Notes: generated from the letters alone by a model not told the origin. A stretch of DNA of 64,000 nt from an uncultured bacterium (GCA_963718575.1 OY970358.1:728108-792107), one strand, 5' to 3'. Positions 45,818 to 55,679 are shown, counted from the stretch's first letter. Translations and numbers: made by a program.

Positions 45818-46501
45818 GTGATTGTTTTTCAAGGAGTTTCCAAGCATTACACGGGCCATGGGGTCGCACTCGAGGACGTAAACTTTCAAATTGATCCGGG
45901 GGAATTCGTTTCTCTCGCTGGCCGTTCGGGCGCTGGAAAGTCCACTATTATAAAACTGCTGATCGGTGAAGAAAAACCCTCGAAGGGGCGCGTTTTTTTT
46001 GGACAGTACGAGGTGAATAAATTGCAGGATAACGAATTGCCTGCATTCCGCCGCCATATCGGCGTCGTGTTCCAGGATTTCCGTTTATTGCCGACGAAGA
46101 CCGCGTACGAGAACGTTGCGTTTGCGCTTGAAGTTGCCGGTCGTCCCCAGCGCGAGATCGCGGAACTCGTGCCGCAGGTGCTCGATATGGTGGGACTCGG
46201 TGACAAGACGAAGAACTTTCCGCACGAGCTTTCCGGCGGCGAGCGCCAGCGCGTCGCGATCGCGCGTGCGATGATCCATCGCCCGGAGGTCGTGATCGCC
46301 GACGAGCCAACCGGCAATCTCGACCCGTTTCACACCTTCGAGATCATCAAGCTGTTAGAAAAGATCAATCAGCTGGGGACTACGGTGGTGCTTGCCACGC
46401 ATGATAAGGAGGTCATCAACAATCTGGAGAAAAGGGTGATAACATTGGATAAGGGCCGCCTCATTCGCGATGAAAAGAAGGGGAAATACATCCTGGTGTA
46501 A
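45818..46501 (+). CDS. ftsE: Cell division ATP-binding protein FtsE
   Basis: Walker A GRSGAGKST, the ABC signature LSGGERQRVAIARA, and Walker B VVIADEPTGNLD. Confidence 0.9.
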   Translation: MIVFQGVSKHYTGHGVALEDVNFQIDPGEFVSLAGRSGAGKSTIIKLLIGEEKPSKGRVFFGQYEVNKLQDNELPAFRRHIGVVFQDFRLLPTKTAYENVAFALEVAGRPQREIAELVPQVLDMVGLGDKTKNFPHELSGGERQRVAIARAMIHRPEVVIADEPTGNLDPFHTFEIIKLLEKINQLGTTVVLATHDKEVINNLEKRVITLDKGRLIRDEKKGKYILV

Positions 46502-46513
46502 ACTATCTATATA

Positions 46514-47422
46514 ATGTTCACTATTATTTCGCGCATATTCCATTTTGGCTTCAAAAACTTCTGGCGGAACGGCTGGCTTTCGACCGCGACGATCGCGATC
46601 ATGACGCTTGCGTCCGTCGGATTCCTCGGCCTCATCATTTTCGGTGTCGTCACGAACGCGGCGGCGAACGCCATTCAGAGCAAGATCGATATCAGCGTCT
46701 ATTTCAATACGAATACATCGGAGGATGAGATCCTGAACATCCAGCAGTCGCTCGAAGGATTGTCGCAGGTGGCGAGCGTGAATTATATCTCCCAGGACCA
46801 GGCGCTCGCGACGTTCCAGCAGAATCACGCGAACGATCCGACGGTCAGCCAGGCGGTGAACGAGCTCGATACGAATCCGCTCGAAGCGTCGCTGAACATC
46901 ACCGCGAAGGATCCGAGCGAGTACGGCGCGATCAACGACTATCTCACCTCTCCCGATCTTGCCTCGTATATCGACACGATCAGCTATTCGCAGAATCAGG
47001 ATGTGATCAACCGGCTTGCGGCGATCGTGCGCGACGTTTCGATCGGCGGATGGATCGTCACGATCTTCCTTGCGCTCGTCGCGGGGCTCGTCATCTTCAA
47101 TACGATCCGTCTTGCGATCTATTCCAACCGCGAGGAGATCGGCGTGATGCGCGTGGTGGGCGCTTCGAACAGCCTGGTGCGCGGGCCGTTCGTGGTGGAG
47201 GGGATGCTATGGGGATTGATCGCTGCGGTCATCAGCCTCATTCTGTTCGCGCCTGCGCTCTATTTTGTCTCGCCCTACCTCAGTGAATTCGGCATTGGCA
47301 TGAATGTGTTCCAGTATTTTTATACCCATATCATCCAGCTGTTTGTCTATGAACTTCTGTTCGGCGTGGTCATCGGGGGACTCTCTAGCTTCTGGGCGGT
47401 CCGCCGCTATTTGAAGAACTAG
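46514..47422 (+). CDS. ftsX: Cell division permease-like protein FtsX
   Basis: N-terminal TM, a large extracytoplasmic domain, three C-terminal TM helices, and the conserved 'IYSNREEIGVMRVVGAS' block. Confidence 0.85.
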   Translation: MFTIISRIFHFGFKNFWRNGWLSTATIAIMTLASVGFLGLIIFGVVTNAAANAIQSKIDISVYFNTNTSEDEILNIQQSLEGLSQVASVNYISQDQALATFQQNHANDPTVSQAVNELDTNPLEASLNITAKDPSEYGAINDYLTSPDLASYIDTISYSQNQDVINRLAAIVRDVSIGGWIVTIFLALVAGLVIFNTIRLAIYSNREEIGVMRVVGASNSLVRGPFVVEGMLWGLIAAVISLILFAPALYFVSPYLSEFGIGMNVFQYFYTHIIQLFVYELLFGVVIGGLSSFWAVRRYLKN

Positions 47423-47424
47423 CC

Positions 47425-48405
47425 TTGAACGAAAACCCCTCACAAGATATGCCGCCCGTGCCGCCGGCGGAGGAATCCAGTCAGCCGCCCTCGCATCACG
47501 ACGCGCCGGCGGCGTCGCGCAAAAAGAAAGCGCGCCGGCGTCTGGTCATCATTGCTGTCGTCGTGGTGCTCGCCGGCGGCATACTCTGGTATTTTCAAAA
47601 ATCGTTCTCATTGCCGTTGAGGAATATTGCCGCATTCGGGAACTCCGTCGAGACATCGATGAACAGTCAGCTCGCGCAGAACTTTTCCGCACCGTCACCG
47701 TTACAGCAGATCTCGAAGACCGCGCCGAAAAGAGCGAATACGCTCACCGATGCCGGGATCGTCATGCAGACAAACCTTCAGCGAGCGCAAAACGGCGATC
47801 TTCCGCCGCTCACCGAGAATGCCACGCTCGACGACATCGCCACGCTTCGCATCGATGACATGTTCGCCGGGCAATACTTTGCCCACGTCAATTCCTCGAC
47901 GGGGGAAAGCGCGATCACGGTTGCGAGCAGTGTGGGATATTCTTATCTTGCGCTGGGGGAGAATCTTGCGCTGGGAAATTATGCCGGCGACGCCGGGGTG
48001 GTTGCCGCGTGGATGGCGAGTCCCGGCCACCGCGCGAACATTTTGAATACGCATTATTCGGAGATCGGCGTCGCCGTGCGCGAGGGGATGTTCCAGGGAT
48101 CCGAAGCGTGGATTGCCGTGCAGGTATTCGGCCGGCCCGCCTCTGCGTGCACCGTTCCCGACCCGAATTTAAAGACCACCATAGACCTTTCCGAAAATCA
48201 AATCACCGCGATGGCGACACAGCTTCAGTCCGACAAGGCTGTCATCGACGCCATGTCCCCGCAATCCGGGCCTGCCTATAATGCCCAGGTGGAGGATTAC
48301 AACAATCTCGCGGCGGAGTACAACGATCTCGCGGCGCAGACCCAGACGGCGATCGGGGGATATGACGCGGAGGTGGCTGCATTCAATGCCTGTCTTTCCG
48401 AATAG
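47425..48405 (+). CDS. Membrane-anchored CAP/SCP (YkwD-like) domain protein with C-terminal coiled-coil-like tail, directly downstream of ftsEX
   Basis: TM helix, then 'GQYFAHVNSSTGESA...LGENLALGNY...AAWMASPGHRANILNTHYSEIGVAV', the CAP domain, paralogous to 12086. The tail is AEYNDLAAQTQTAIGGYDAEVAAFNA. Confidence 0.7.
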   Translation: MNENPSQDMPPVPPAEESSQPPSHHDAPAASRKKKARRRLVIIAVVVVLAGGILWYFQKSFSLPLRNIAAFGNSVETSMNSQLAQNFSAPSPLQQISKTAPKRANTLTDAGIVMQTNLQRAQNGDLPPLTENATLDDIATLRIDDMFAGQYFAHVNSSTGESAITVASSVGYSYLALGENLALGNYAGDAGVVAAWMASPGHRANILNTHYSEIGVAVREGMFQGSEAWIAVQVFGRPASACTVPDPNLKTTIDLSENQITAMATQLQSDKAVIDAMSPQSGPAYNAQVEDYNNLAAEYNDLAAQTQTAIGGYDAEVAAFNACLSE

Positions 48406-48544
48406 ACAATCGGTGTTTTGCGCCTCCGGGCGGATGATCATTCGGCGCAAAACACCGATTTTTTAATTTGTTATACTAAATGAGGAAAGTTCCGTCCGAA
48501 TCCGGATTTTTCCGCGTACCTTTTTTATTATTGATAGTTATGTC

Positions 48545-50161
48545 ATGAAACATCTTCGACTGGTCATAAAATGTATTGCCATTGGGTTTTTTGCGTTGCT
48601 CATATTTTTCGCCCTTTCACCATTGGGGAAGATCGGCGTTCCCAAAAAGGCCGATGCCGATTCGCTGGATGCGTATCCGAGCGTCTGTCTCGGAGGATGG
48701 CAGAATCCCAGCAATGCTTCCGGCCCGCCGGACGTGCCGCCGGGAGACGATTCTTTTACGGGTGATAATTCCGCCGTGCTCGATCAGGCACAAGCGCAGA
48801 TATTTTGCGGGTCCTTCCAGGCGAGCGATGAATCCCAGACGCCGACCGCGGTCACTCTGCATTTTTCCTGGAATGTGATCTTTTCGAGCCAGGTATCGAA
48901 TGCAACAAGCAATGACCCCGGTGATCCCGAATGGAGCAGCGTACTTGATGCGACGAGCACTGCCACCTCCACGACCACGACTCCTGCACCGACACCGTTG
49001 ACGACAGCATCATCGTCGGACGATCAGAGTCAAAGCATCGATCCGTCCGCAACGAGTGCCGATACTTCTTCGGACAACTCCGGCGGTTCGCAGGACGGCT
49101 CGGTGGCGACCTCCACGCCTCCGCCGGCGACGGTGTCTCCGCCCGCGCCCGATTCATCGGATTCCGATACGAGCTCCACGTCATTCCTGCAAACCATTCT
49201 CAGCGACCCGCTCGGCCTTTTAATCCAAAAGACCTTTGCTCAATCGGTTGATAATGATTCCACTACGGTCGACACCTCCGCTGCCGACGATAGCTCCACT
49301 GTCACCATGGATGCTTCCACGACCACTGACGATTCTTCCGTCGATACCGCAGACGATTTCATTGATGTGAGCTACTCGCTCGACGGGACGACATGGATCG
49401 ATCTCGGACCGGTAAGCGAGTCCGACTGGCAGAACTATTCGGTGACGATCCCGATAAGTTCGTGGAGCGATATCAACAACCTGCAAGTTCAGCTGAGCCC
49501 GCTCATCACTTCCGATGCCCCCACTATATATTTGGATGGCATGTGGCTGGAGGTGGATTACAATAATTCCATCCTGAACGATATTGAGAATGTGATATCG
49601 GACATCTTGCCGACGGATACGCTCTCCACTTCCACCGCGCCCACGAATTCCCTCACGCCGCAGGATGCCACCGATCAGAATCCCGCGCCTGCGCCGCTTC
49701 CGCCTCCACCCCCGCCGATTCCTCAGCATCAGTACACATTCACCCTTCAGGGTCCGCAGTCCATAAAGGTGGGGACGCTTGCGTGGTATCCGCACAACGA
49801 TGCTTCGGGCAGCGCGCCGGTGGGACGGGCAGGGCTTGCCCCTACCGTGAGCCTTCCTGCCACCAATACGATCGAAGTGTCGGGATCATGTTCTGCGGCG
49901 TACTACACCATCCTTATATTTCCGGACGAGAATGATTACGAAAGCAATCCGTCGCTTGCGTTATATAACAACGCCAACAAGTGCGTGAACGGGAGCTTTA
50001 CGCAAATGATCACCGACCTCGATCTTCCGCCGCAACTCGCGAGCGGCATCTACTATCTCGTGGTGGCAAATCAGGGAGTGAAAGGACCATGGGTCCCTTA
50101 TCCGGAAACCTATCCGATCCAACTGAGCGGCGTGTCCAATAGTGCCTCATCATCGCAATGA
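48545..50161 (+). CDS. Membrane-anchored Ser/Thr/Asp-rich surface protein with C-terminal 2-Cys domain (hypothetical)
   Basis: TM helix, long S/T/D low-complexity regions, a poly-Pro stretch, and a C-terminal ~90-aa block (SGSCSAAYYTILIFPDENDY...NANKCVNG...GIYYLVVANQ) shared with 54736..55245. Confidence 0.6.
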   Translation: MKHLRLVIKCIAIGFFALLIFFALSPLGKIGVPKKADADSLDAYPSVCLGGWQNPSNASGPPDVPPGDDSFTGDNSAVLDQAQAQIFCGSFQASDESQTPTAVTLHFSWNVIFSSQVSNATSNDPGDPEWSSVLDATSTATSTTTTPAPTPLTTASSSDDQSQSIDPSATSADTSSDNSGGSQDGSVATSTPPPATVSPPAPDSSDSDTSSTSFLQTILSDPLGLLIQKTFAQSVDNDSTTVDTSAADDSSTVTMDASTTTDDSSVDTADDFIDVSYSLDGTTWIDLGPVSESDWQNYSVTIPISSWSDINNLQVQLSPLITSDAPTIYLDGMWLEVDYNNSILNDIENVISDILPTDTLSTSTAPTNSLTPQDATDQNPAPAPLPPPPPPIPQHQYTFTLQGPQSIKVGTLAWYPHNDASGSAPVGRAGLAPTVSLPATNTIEVSGSCSAAYYTILIFPDENDYESNPSLALYNNANKCVNGSFTQMITDLDLPPQLASGIYYLVVANQGVKGPWVPYPETYPIQLSGVSNSASSSQ

Positions 50162-50790
50162 TAAAATCCCACTCGCTTCACAAAAGCAACATCGTTTTCG
50201 TCTTCAGAGAACACAATGTTCAGCCGCCGGAAAACCATGAGATCGTCGGACTTTATGCCGGCGCGGCCGCGAAGGGGGCGCAACTCGTGGATGATCCGAT
50301 GGTGCGGATGAAAGTGCTTGATGTCCCTGCGCGCGGCCTGCAGGTGGCGTGGGAGTCACGGCGTTTGCGCATCGAGGATATGCGCGCCGTCGAACCCGAG
50401 AGCTCGACGCTCGTCGAGGACGCGGTGATGGTCTACGAAACGCTCGTTGCCCCGCGAAAGATATTCCTGGATTCGTTCGGATTCAACTTTGAGGTCTATT
50501 ATCAGACGGCCGACGTCATCCGCATCAACGATCATTACAACGAGATCGCGGGGACATTCCTCGATCTCGGCACCGGACTTATGGATTTCGGATGGCAATG
50601 GACGGTCGCCGAAAAGAACGGGAAGATGATGAATGGGTATTTTCTGAAAGTGACGGCACCGCTCGAGTTCACGATGCATCACAATACGCATATCGCCGCA
50701 AAAGAGTTGCCGTCAAAGAAGGATCTGCAGGAAATGTTTCAAGACGCTTATGAGGCCACCAACCGCACTGCGGCGAAATTAAAATTATAG
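50158..50790 (+). CDS. Hypothetical cytoplasmic protein
   Basis: 210-aa ORF overlapping the upstream stop (ATGA); no signal peptide and no recognisable domain. Confidence 0.45.
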   Translation: MIKSHSLHKSNIVFVFREHNVQPPENHEIVGLYAGAAAKGAQLVDDPMVRMKVLDVPARGLQVAWESRRLRIEDMRAVEPESSTLVEDAVMVYETLVAPRKIFLDSFGFNFEVYYQTADVIRINDHYNEIAGTFLDLGTGLMDFGWQWTVAEKNGKMMNGYFLKVTAPLEFTMHHNTHIAAKELPSKKDLQEMFQDAYEATNRTAAKLKL

Positions 50791-50806
50791 CGACGCCAAG
50801 TATTTC

Positions 50807-52474
50807 ATGAGCATATCGATCGATCCAAAGAATGGCGTACGGCTGAGGCCGGCCCGTAAAACCGGCCGGGGGATTGCGGCGCTCATCATCGTACTCGAGG
50901 CGGTATTCTCCGTTTTTCTCTATATGTCGCTTGCGGAGAAGGTGTTTGTGGTGATCCCCGCCGCCGCCGCGCCGGGAGTCCCTGGTCTCATCGCGTATCA
51001 AGGCATGCTCACCGACACGTCGGGAAATCCGCTCGGCGGCGCGGGATCGGCCTACTGTTTCCGTTATTCCATTTGGGATTCGCAAACGAGCGGCAGCCAG
51101 CTGTGGCCTCAGCCCGCGCTCGGCGATGCATCGACCACGCCGTCGAATTCCACGACGACGGTGACCGACGGCGTGTTCAGCGATGAACTTGGCCGCACGG
51201 ACACGTTCGGCAGTCTCGACTTTGGCGCGGACACCACGGGGAGTTCGACATATTTTTTGCAGGTGCAGGTGAGCACCTCTTCGCTCACGTGCGCAACGGG
51301 GCTCGAGACGCTTTCTCCCCGCCAGCAGATCACGGCCGACGCATGGTCGCAGACTTCGCAATCGGTGTACGGCAATCAACTTCGCACTCTTGTCTCGAAT
51401 AACACCGTACAGCTTGGCACCGGCGCGGGCGTCGTTTCGGGATGGACCTTGCTTTCCCTCGACGTGGCGCATGGTTCCAGTGAGGCCGTCGGTGGGAGTT
51501 GCACGCAGAACGGCACGTTGTGGTACGACTCGACGCTCAACAAGGCGCTCGTGTGCGCGAACGATATCATCCAGCCGTTCTCGAACGGCACATCGAGCGT
51601 GACGAGCATCGGCACGAGCGGCACGAGCACGATACTCCTCAATAACGTATTTCTCTCCGCATACGCGAACCTTACGCTGAGCCAGAACGGGCAGACGATC
51701 AACTTCTCCGCGGCGGCGCCGGGAGGCGACGCGACGCTGTCGCGATGGGAGGATTATCTGTTGGGTACCAACACGACGGCAATAAGTCTTGCTCCTGCGG
51801 ATGCCTACTTCCAGCCATTTATTCTTCCCACTCCGGTCGCAGTGAGTAATATAAATCTTTTGAAGAGTTTCAGTTTTGGAATGCCGACCGCAACAAGCCA
51901 GGCATCGTCAGGATCGCAACGGTATTCTTATTCTCAGGGAATATCGCTCTTTAGTAGAGTGACGGCTGGCGGCGCCACTTCCCAGATGAGCGTAGTTACC
52001 ACGGCGAGTATGGGATTCACGATGCTCTTTTCCTATACTTCAACGTCCGAAATGCTAAGTGCGACATGGGTAACTAATAGCACCGGTGGAACGACGAGCT
52101 GGGGGACCACATCAAACTCCAATAACTTATCGAGCTATTGGATGTCCGCAAAATATTTTCCCGTACCGCTGGCGACAACTCTTACCGCCGGCGAATACTG
52201 GATGGGGTATGGAATGTCGAGTACGACTGCGAATGCAAACGTCAATGTAACCATCTTATCCATAAACCAGATCGGTTCCAGTATCGGGGCGAATACATTC
52301 GGGGTGCTTGGCAATACATCGGCGGGTTCACGCGCAAGCCTTTTCAACGGCGGTCAAGGTTATGGCTCTGTCCTTGTTGGAGGCGTTGTTACTAACAACA
52401 CAATGCCAATCAGTACCATCAGCGCCTCTAACGCCACCATGCAGCTTCAATACTTCAACTTCGCCGACTACTAA
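50807..52474 (+). CDS. Membrane-anchored Ser/Thr-rich surface protein with GWTL (WxL-like) motif
   Basis: TM helix LIIVLEAVFSVFLYMSLA, extensive S/T/G-rich sequence, and 'VVSGWTLLSLDVAHGS'. Confidence 0.5.
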   Translation: MSISIDPKNGVRLRPARKTGRGIAALIIVLEAVFSVFLYMSLAEKVFVVIPAAAAPGVPGLIAYQGMLTDTSGNPLGGAGSAYCFRYSIWDSQTSGSQLWPQPALGDASTTPSNSTTTVTDGVFSDELGRTDTFGSLDFGADTTGSSTYFLQVQVSTSSLTCATGLETLSPRQQITADAWSQTSQSVYGNQLRTLVSNNTVQLGTGAGVVSGWTLLSLDVAHGSSEAVGGSCTQNGTLWYDSTLNKALVCANDIIQPFSNGTSSVTSIGTSGTSTILLNNVFLSAYANLTLSQNGQTINFSAAAPGGDATLSRWEDYLLGTNTTAISLAPADAYFQPFILPTPVAVSNINLLKSFSFGMPTATSQASSGSQRYSYSQGISLFSRVTAGGATSQMSVVTTASMGFTMLFSYTSTSEMLSATWVTNSTGGTTSWGTTSNSNNLSSYWMSAKYFPVPLATTLTAGEYWMGYGMSSTTANANVNVTILSINQIGSSIGANTFGVLGNTSAGSRASLFNGGQGYGSVLVGGVVTNNTMPISTISASNATMQLQYFNFADY

Positions 52475-52479
52475 ATTCC

Positions 52480-53205
52480 ATGCAACCACAGATCATCGTC
52501 CCTGATTACAAAGGGAGACACAACCAGGACATCGGGAAATCGCAAGAGCGGCTATTACAGTCCAAGGCATATCAAGATCTCTCCACGATCATCATCTGCC
52601 CCACGCGCGGGCAGGTGTCGGCCAAGGTGGTGCAGAGCTGGATGGGACTCATGAAGCCGATGAACCAAAAAGTGATCGGGCCGTTGTTTGCGATCGCCAT
52701 GGAAGTGGGGGAGGCATACAATTCCATGATCGAAATGATACTCGGGAATCCGGAGCTCTCCACTTGGAAATATATCCTGACGATCGAAGAGGACAATATG
52801 CCGCCGCCGGACGGACTTCTTAAGCTATACGAAGACATGGATCAGTACGACGTGGTCGGCGGATTGTATTGGACGAAAGGAGAGGGCGGCCAGCCGATGA
52901 TCTATGGCGATCCCGCCGTGGAACCGATCAACTTTATTCCGCAGATCCCCGAGACCGAAGGGCTTCAGCCGGCGAACGGCCTCGGTATGGGATTCAATCT
53001 TTTTAAGATGGAACTATTCAAAGACCCTAAATTGCCGCGCCCGTGGTTCCGCACTGTACAGGAATTCATTCCGGGGCAGGGCGCGCGGGCTTACACGCAG
53101 GATTTATACTTCTACGAGAATGCCGGAAAGCTTGGCTATAAATTTGCCTGCGACACGCGCGTGAAGGTCGGCCACTATGATGCGGCGATGGACGTCGTAT
53201 GGTGA
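52480..53205 (+). CDS. Putative GT-A-fold glycosyltransferase
   Basis: 'STIIICPTRGQVSAKVVQSW' (Rossmann start), 'YILTIEEDNMPPPDGLLKL' (DxD-like EED), and a C-terminal 'QDLYFYENAGKLGYKFACDTRVKVGHYD'. Moderate pattern-level match only. Confidence 0.4.
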   Translation: MQPQIIVPDYKGRHNQDIGKSQERLLQSKAYQDLSTIIICPTRGQVSAKVVQSWMGLMKPMNQKVIGPLFAIAMEVGEAYNSMIEMILGNPELSTWKYILTIEEDNMPPPDGLLKLYEDMDQYDVVGGLYWTKGEGGQPMIYGDPAVEPINFIPQIPETEGLQPANGLGMGFNLFKMELFKDPKLPRPWFRTVQEFIPGQGARAYTQDLYFYENAGKLGYKFACDTRVKVGHYDAAMDVVW

Positions 53206-53217
53206 TACAATAAATCA

Positions 53218-54228
53218 ATGAAAAAAAATCTTCGCGTCATCCTGATCGTCATTCTCGCGCTTGTCGTCGGCGTCGCGGTGGGATACTTTGTGAACGGGCT
53301 CGTCGCCCCGCCATCGCCGGTCGTCGCGGTGCCTCAAGAACCTTCTCCAGTGCCGATGGTTCAGCCGCTCTCCACCTCCACGACGGGCTACGGGTTGTTG
53401 AATGGCGACGTCGCCTGGCAGAGCGGTCAGCACTTCATTGTCAACTTCGAACCGCTTCGTGCCCAGATCGCTTCCATCACCCAGGAGTATCCCCAGAACA
53501 CCTATATCTATTTTGATTATCTGAACAGCTCGGCCAACTTTGGCACCAACGCGCGAATGCTCTTTACGGCGGCCAGCACCGTCAAGGTTCCGCTCGCAAT
53601 GGCGGTCTATAAAATGGCGGAAGAAGGAAAATTGGACATGAACTCCAATTACACCCTTCAACAATCCGACCTTGACAGCAATTTTGGCACGCTCTACAAG
53701 GCCGGTGCCGGAGCGACGTACACTATCCAGCAGCTCGTTTCCATCATGCTTGAACAATCGGACAATACCGCCATGAATGCGCTTCTTTCCGCGCTGAACA
53801 ATATCGGGGTAGCCGATCCGTTCGCGGACGTCTATCAGCAGATGGGGTGGAATAATTTTCCCACAATCGGTCAGTCCACCAACTATGCGGATTACATAAA
53901 CATCGACGTCCATACGCTTTCCAACATGTTCCTTGCTCTTTATAATGCGAGCTACGACAGTCCTGTCGATTCGCAGGCGATCCTTTCATATCTTACGCAG
54001 ACGCCATTTAGCGATGAGATCGTCGCGGGCGTGCCTTCAAGCACTATCGTGGCCCATAAGATCGGCACCTCGGCCGACAATAACACCTATTCCGATTGTG
54101 GTATCGTGTATGCTCCGTCGCGTCCATACATCCTGTGCGTGGGATCGAGCGGCGCGAGCGAACAATCGGCAGATCAGTTCATTTCGCAGGTATCCAAAGC
54201 CACCTACCAATACGTCATTAATAACTAA
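53218..54228 (+). CDS. Membrane-anchored class-A beta-lactamase-fold serine hydrolase (PBP/beta-lactamase-like)
   Basis: TM helix, then the SxxK motif (AASTVKVP), the SDN motif (EQSDNTAMN) and a KTG-like motif (HKIGTS). Confidence 0.65.
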   Translation: MKKNLRVILIVILALVVGVAVGYFVNGLVAPPSPVVAVPQEPSPVPMVQPLSTSTTGYGLLNGDVAWQSGQHFIVNFEPLRAQIASITQEYPQNTYIYFDYLNSSANFGTNARMLFTAASTVKVPLAMAVYKMAEEGKLDMNSNYTLQQSDLDSNFGTLYKAGAGATYTIQQLVSIMLEQSDNTAMNALLSALNNIGVADPFADVYQQMGWNNFPTIGQSTNYADYINIDVHTLSNMFLALYNASYDSPVDSQAILSYLTQTPFSDEIVAGVPSSTIVAHKIGTSADNNTYSDCGIVYAPSRPYILCVGSSGASEQSADQFISQVSKATYQYVINN

Positions 54229-54229
54229 C

Positions 54230-54739
54230 ATGAAACTCGACATTGCCTGCGGGCAGAACAAGCAGAAAGGATTCAAAGGGGTCGACATCGCGCCGGGGGA
54301 GAGCGTGGATTTTGTGTGGGACCTCGAGAAATATCCGTGGGAGCCGTTCAAGGATAATTCCTTCGACGAGATCTATGTGAGCCATTATGCCGAGCATACG
54401 AAAGACCTGATGAAGTTCATGAACGAGGTTTGGCGTATTTGCGAGAACGATGCCAAGGTGACGATCGTCGGGCCGTACTACACGTCCATCCGCGCATGGC
54501 AGGATCCGACACATACCCGCGTGCTTTCGGAAGCGACATGGCTTTATTACAACAAGGATTGGCGGAAAATGAACAAGCTCGATCATTATCCGATCACGTG
54601 CGATTTCGGCGTTCAGCAGATGACCGTGTTCTTTGCACCGCCGTGGGATAAAAAAACGGAAGAGGCGCGGCAGTTCGCGCAGCAGCATTATTGGAACGTG
54701 GTCTCCGACATCTGCGTCGAACTCAAAGTCATTAAATGA
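54230..54739 (+). CDS. Class I SAM-dependent methyltransferase (Methyltransf_11-like)
   Basis: Motif I 'LDIACGQNKQKGFKGVDI'; 169 aa. The ORF opens far upstream but the ATG at 54230 directly follows the hydrolase stop. Confidence 0.65.
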   Translation: MKLDIACGQNKQKGFKGVDIAPGESVDFVWDLEKYPWEPFKDNSFDEIYVSHYAEHTKDLMKFMNEVWRICENDAKVTIVGPYYTSIRAWQDPTHTRVLSEATWLYYNKDWRKMNKLDHYPITCDFGVQQMTVFFAPPWDKKTEEARQFAQQHYWNVVSDICVELKVIK

Positions 54740-55245
54740 AGCTTTCTGATCGCACCAATAGGGAATACCGCATCCTTGCGATCGCGATCGTTTTCTTCAT
54801 CGCCGGCGCAATATTTTTCTGGCATGACGCATCGTTGCCAACCTCACATTCTTCGCCGTCCGCCGGCGCGCCCGCACCGGCCGTTTCTGTCCAGTCCGCG
54901 AACGTCGCGCCGGGCCAGCAGATCGATCCCGATTTTGCAAAATTTCCTCCGCCTGCACAGTTCAGAACATTTGTGTACAATCAGAACGGGTTTAACAAGC
55001 TGTCGACGCTTTCGATCTCCTCAATGTGCAATGCGGCATACATGGCGATCCTGATCTTCCCCGTTGCCGTCGATTACCGGAGCGATATCAATGCCGCTGT
55101 CTACAACGATGCGTTTCCGTGCACCGCCGGCCAGACATTCACGCTCGCGATCACGACAAGCGACATCGCAACCGCGCCGTTCGGAACGTATTACTTTATT
55201 GTTGCGGATCAGGAGAAAAGCGGTGCGTGGTATAATCCAAGATAA
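54736..55245 (+). CDS. Membrane-anchored protein carrying the shared 2-Cys C-terminal domain (hypothetical)
   Basis: TM helix ILAIAIVFFIAGAIFFW. The C-terminal block 'SMCNAAYMAILIFPVAVDY...FPCTAGQ...GTYYFIVADQ' is homologous to the C-terminus of 48545..50161. Confidence 0.5.
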   Translation: MKLSDRTNREYRILAIAIVFFIAGAIFFWHDASLPTSHSSPSAGAPAPAVSVQSANVAPGQQIDPDFAKFPPPAQFRTFVYNQNGFNKLSTLSISSMCNAAYMAILIFPVAVDYRSDINAAVYNDAFPCTAGQTFTLAITTSDIATAPFGTYYFIVADQEKSGAWYNPR

Positions 55246-55247
55246 GC

Positions 55248-55679
55248 ATGAAGCGTGAAAGTATTTTCTTGTGGAAGGTCGCATGGGGTACGGCGGCGGC
55301 GATCGTCGTGGCGGGTCTGCTGTTTTTTAATTTCAACGATCTTGTGATGTGGGCAACGCTGAACAACCCGTTTCAGGGGCAGTGGTCGGTGGTGCAGCTT
55401 TCGGATGGAGAGATCCTCTACGGGCATCTTTCCGGCGTGACCGGAACGACGATTGGCTTGAGCGATGTCTATCTTTTGGACAAGATATCGCCGGAGCCCG
55501 CGACGCCCGCCATCTCAAGTTCGACCGGCATCACGATGGGGGCGGCGGCAGGAGCGCCTGCCGCTCAGCCGTTGCTTGTGCCCATAAGTGACACCCCTCA
55601 GCTTTTCATCAATCGCGCCGCCGTCCTTTATTTCAAATTCGTGACGCCGGACGATCCCGCGCTCCCGTATCTCCATTAA
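55248..55679 (+). CDS. Membrane-anchored hypothetical protein
   Basis: 143 aa with an N-terminal TM helix and a Pro/Ala-rich linker. Confidence 0.45.
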   Translation: MKRESIFLWKVAWGTAAAIVVAGLLFFNFNDLVMWATLNNPFQGQWSVVQLSDGEILYGHLSGVTGTTIGLSDVYLLDKISPEPATPAISSSTGITMGAAAGAPAAQPLLVPISDTPQLFINRAAVLYFKFVTPDDPALPYLH

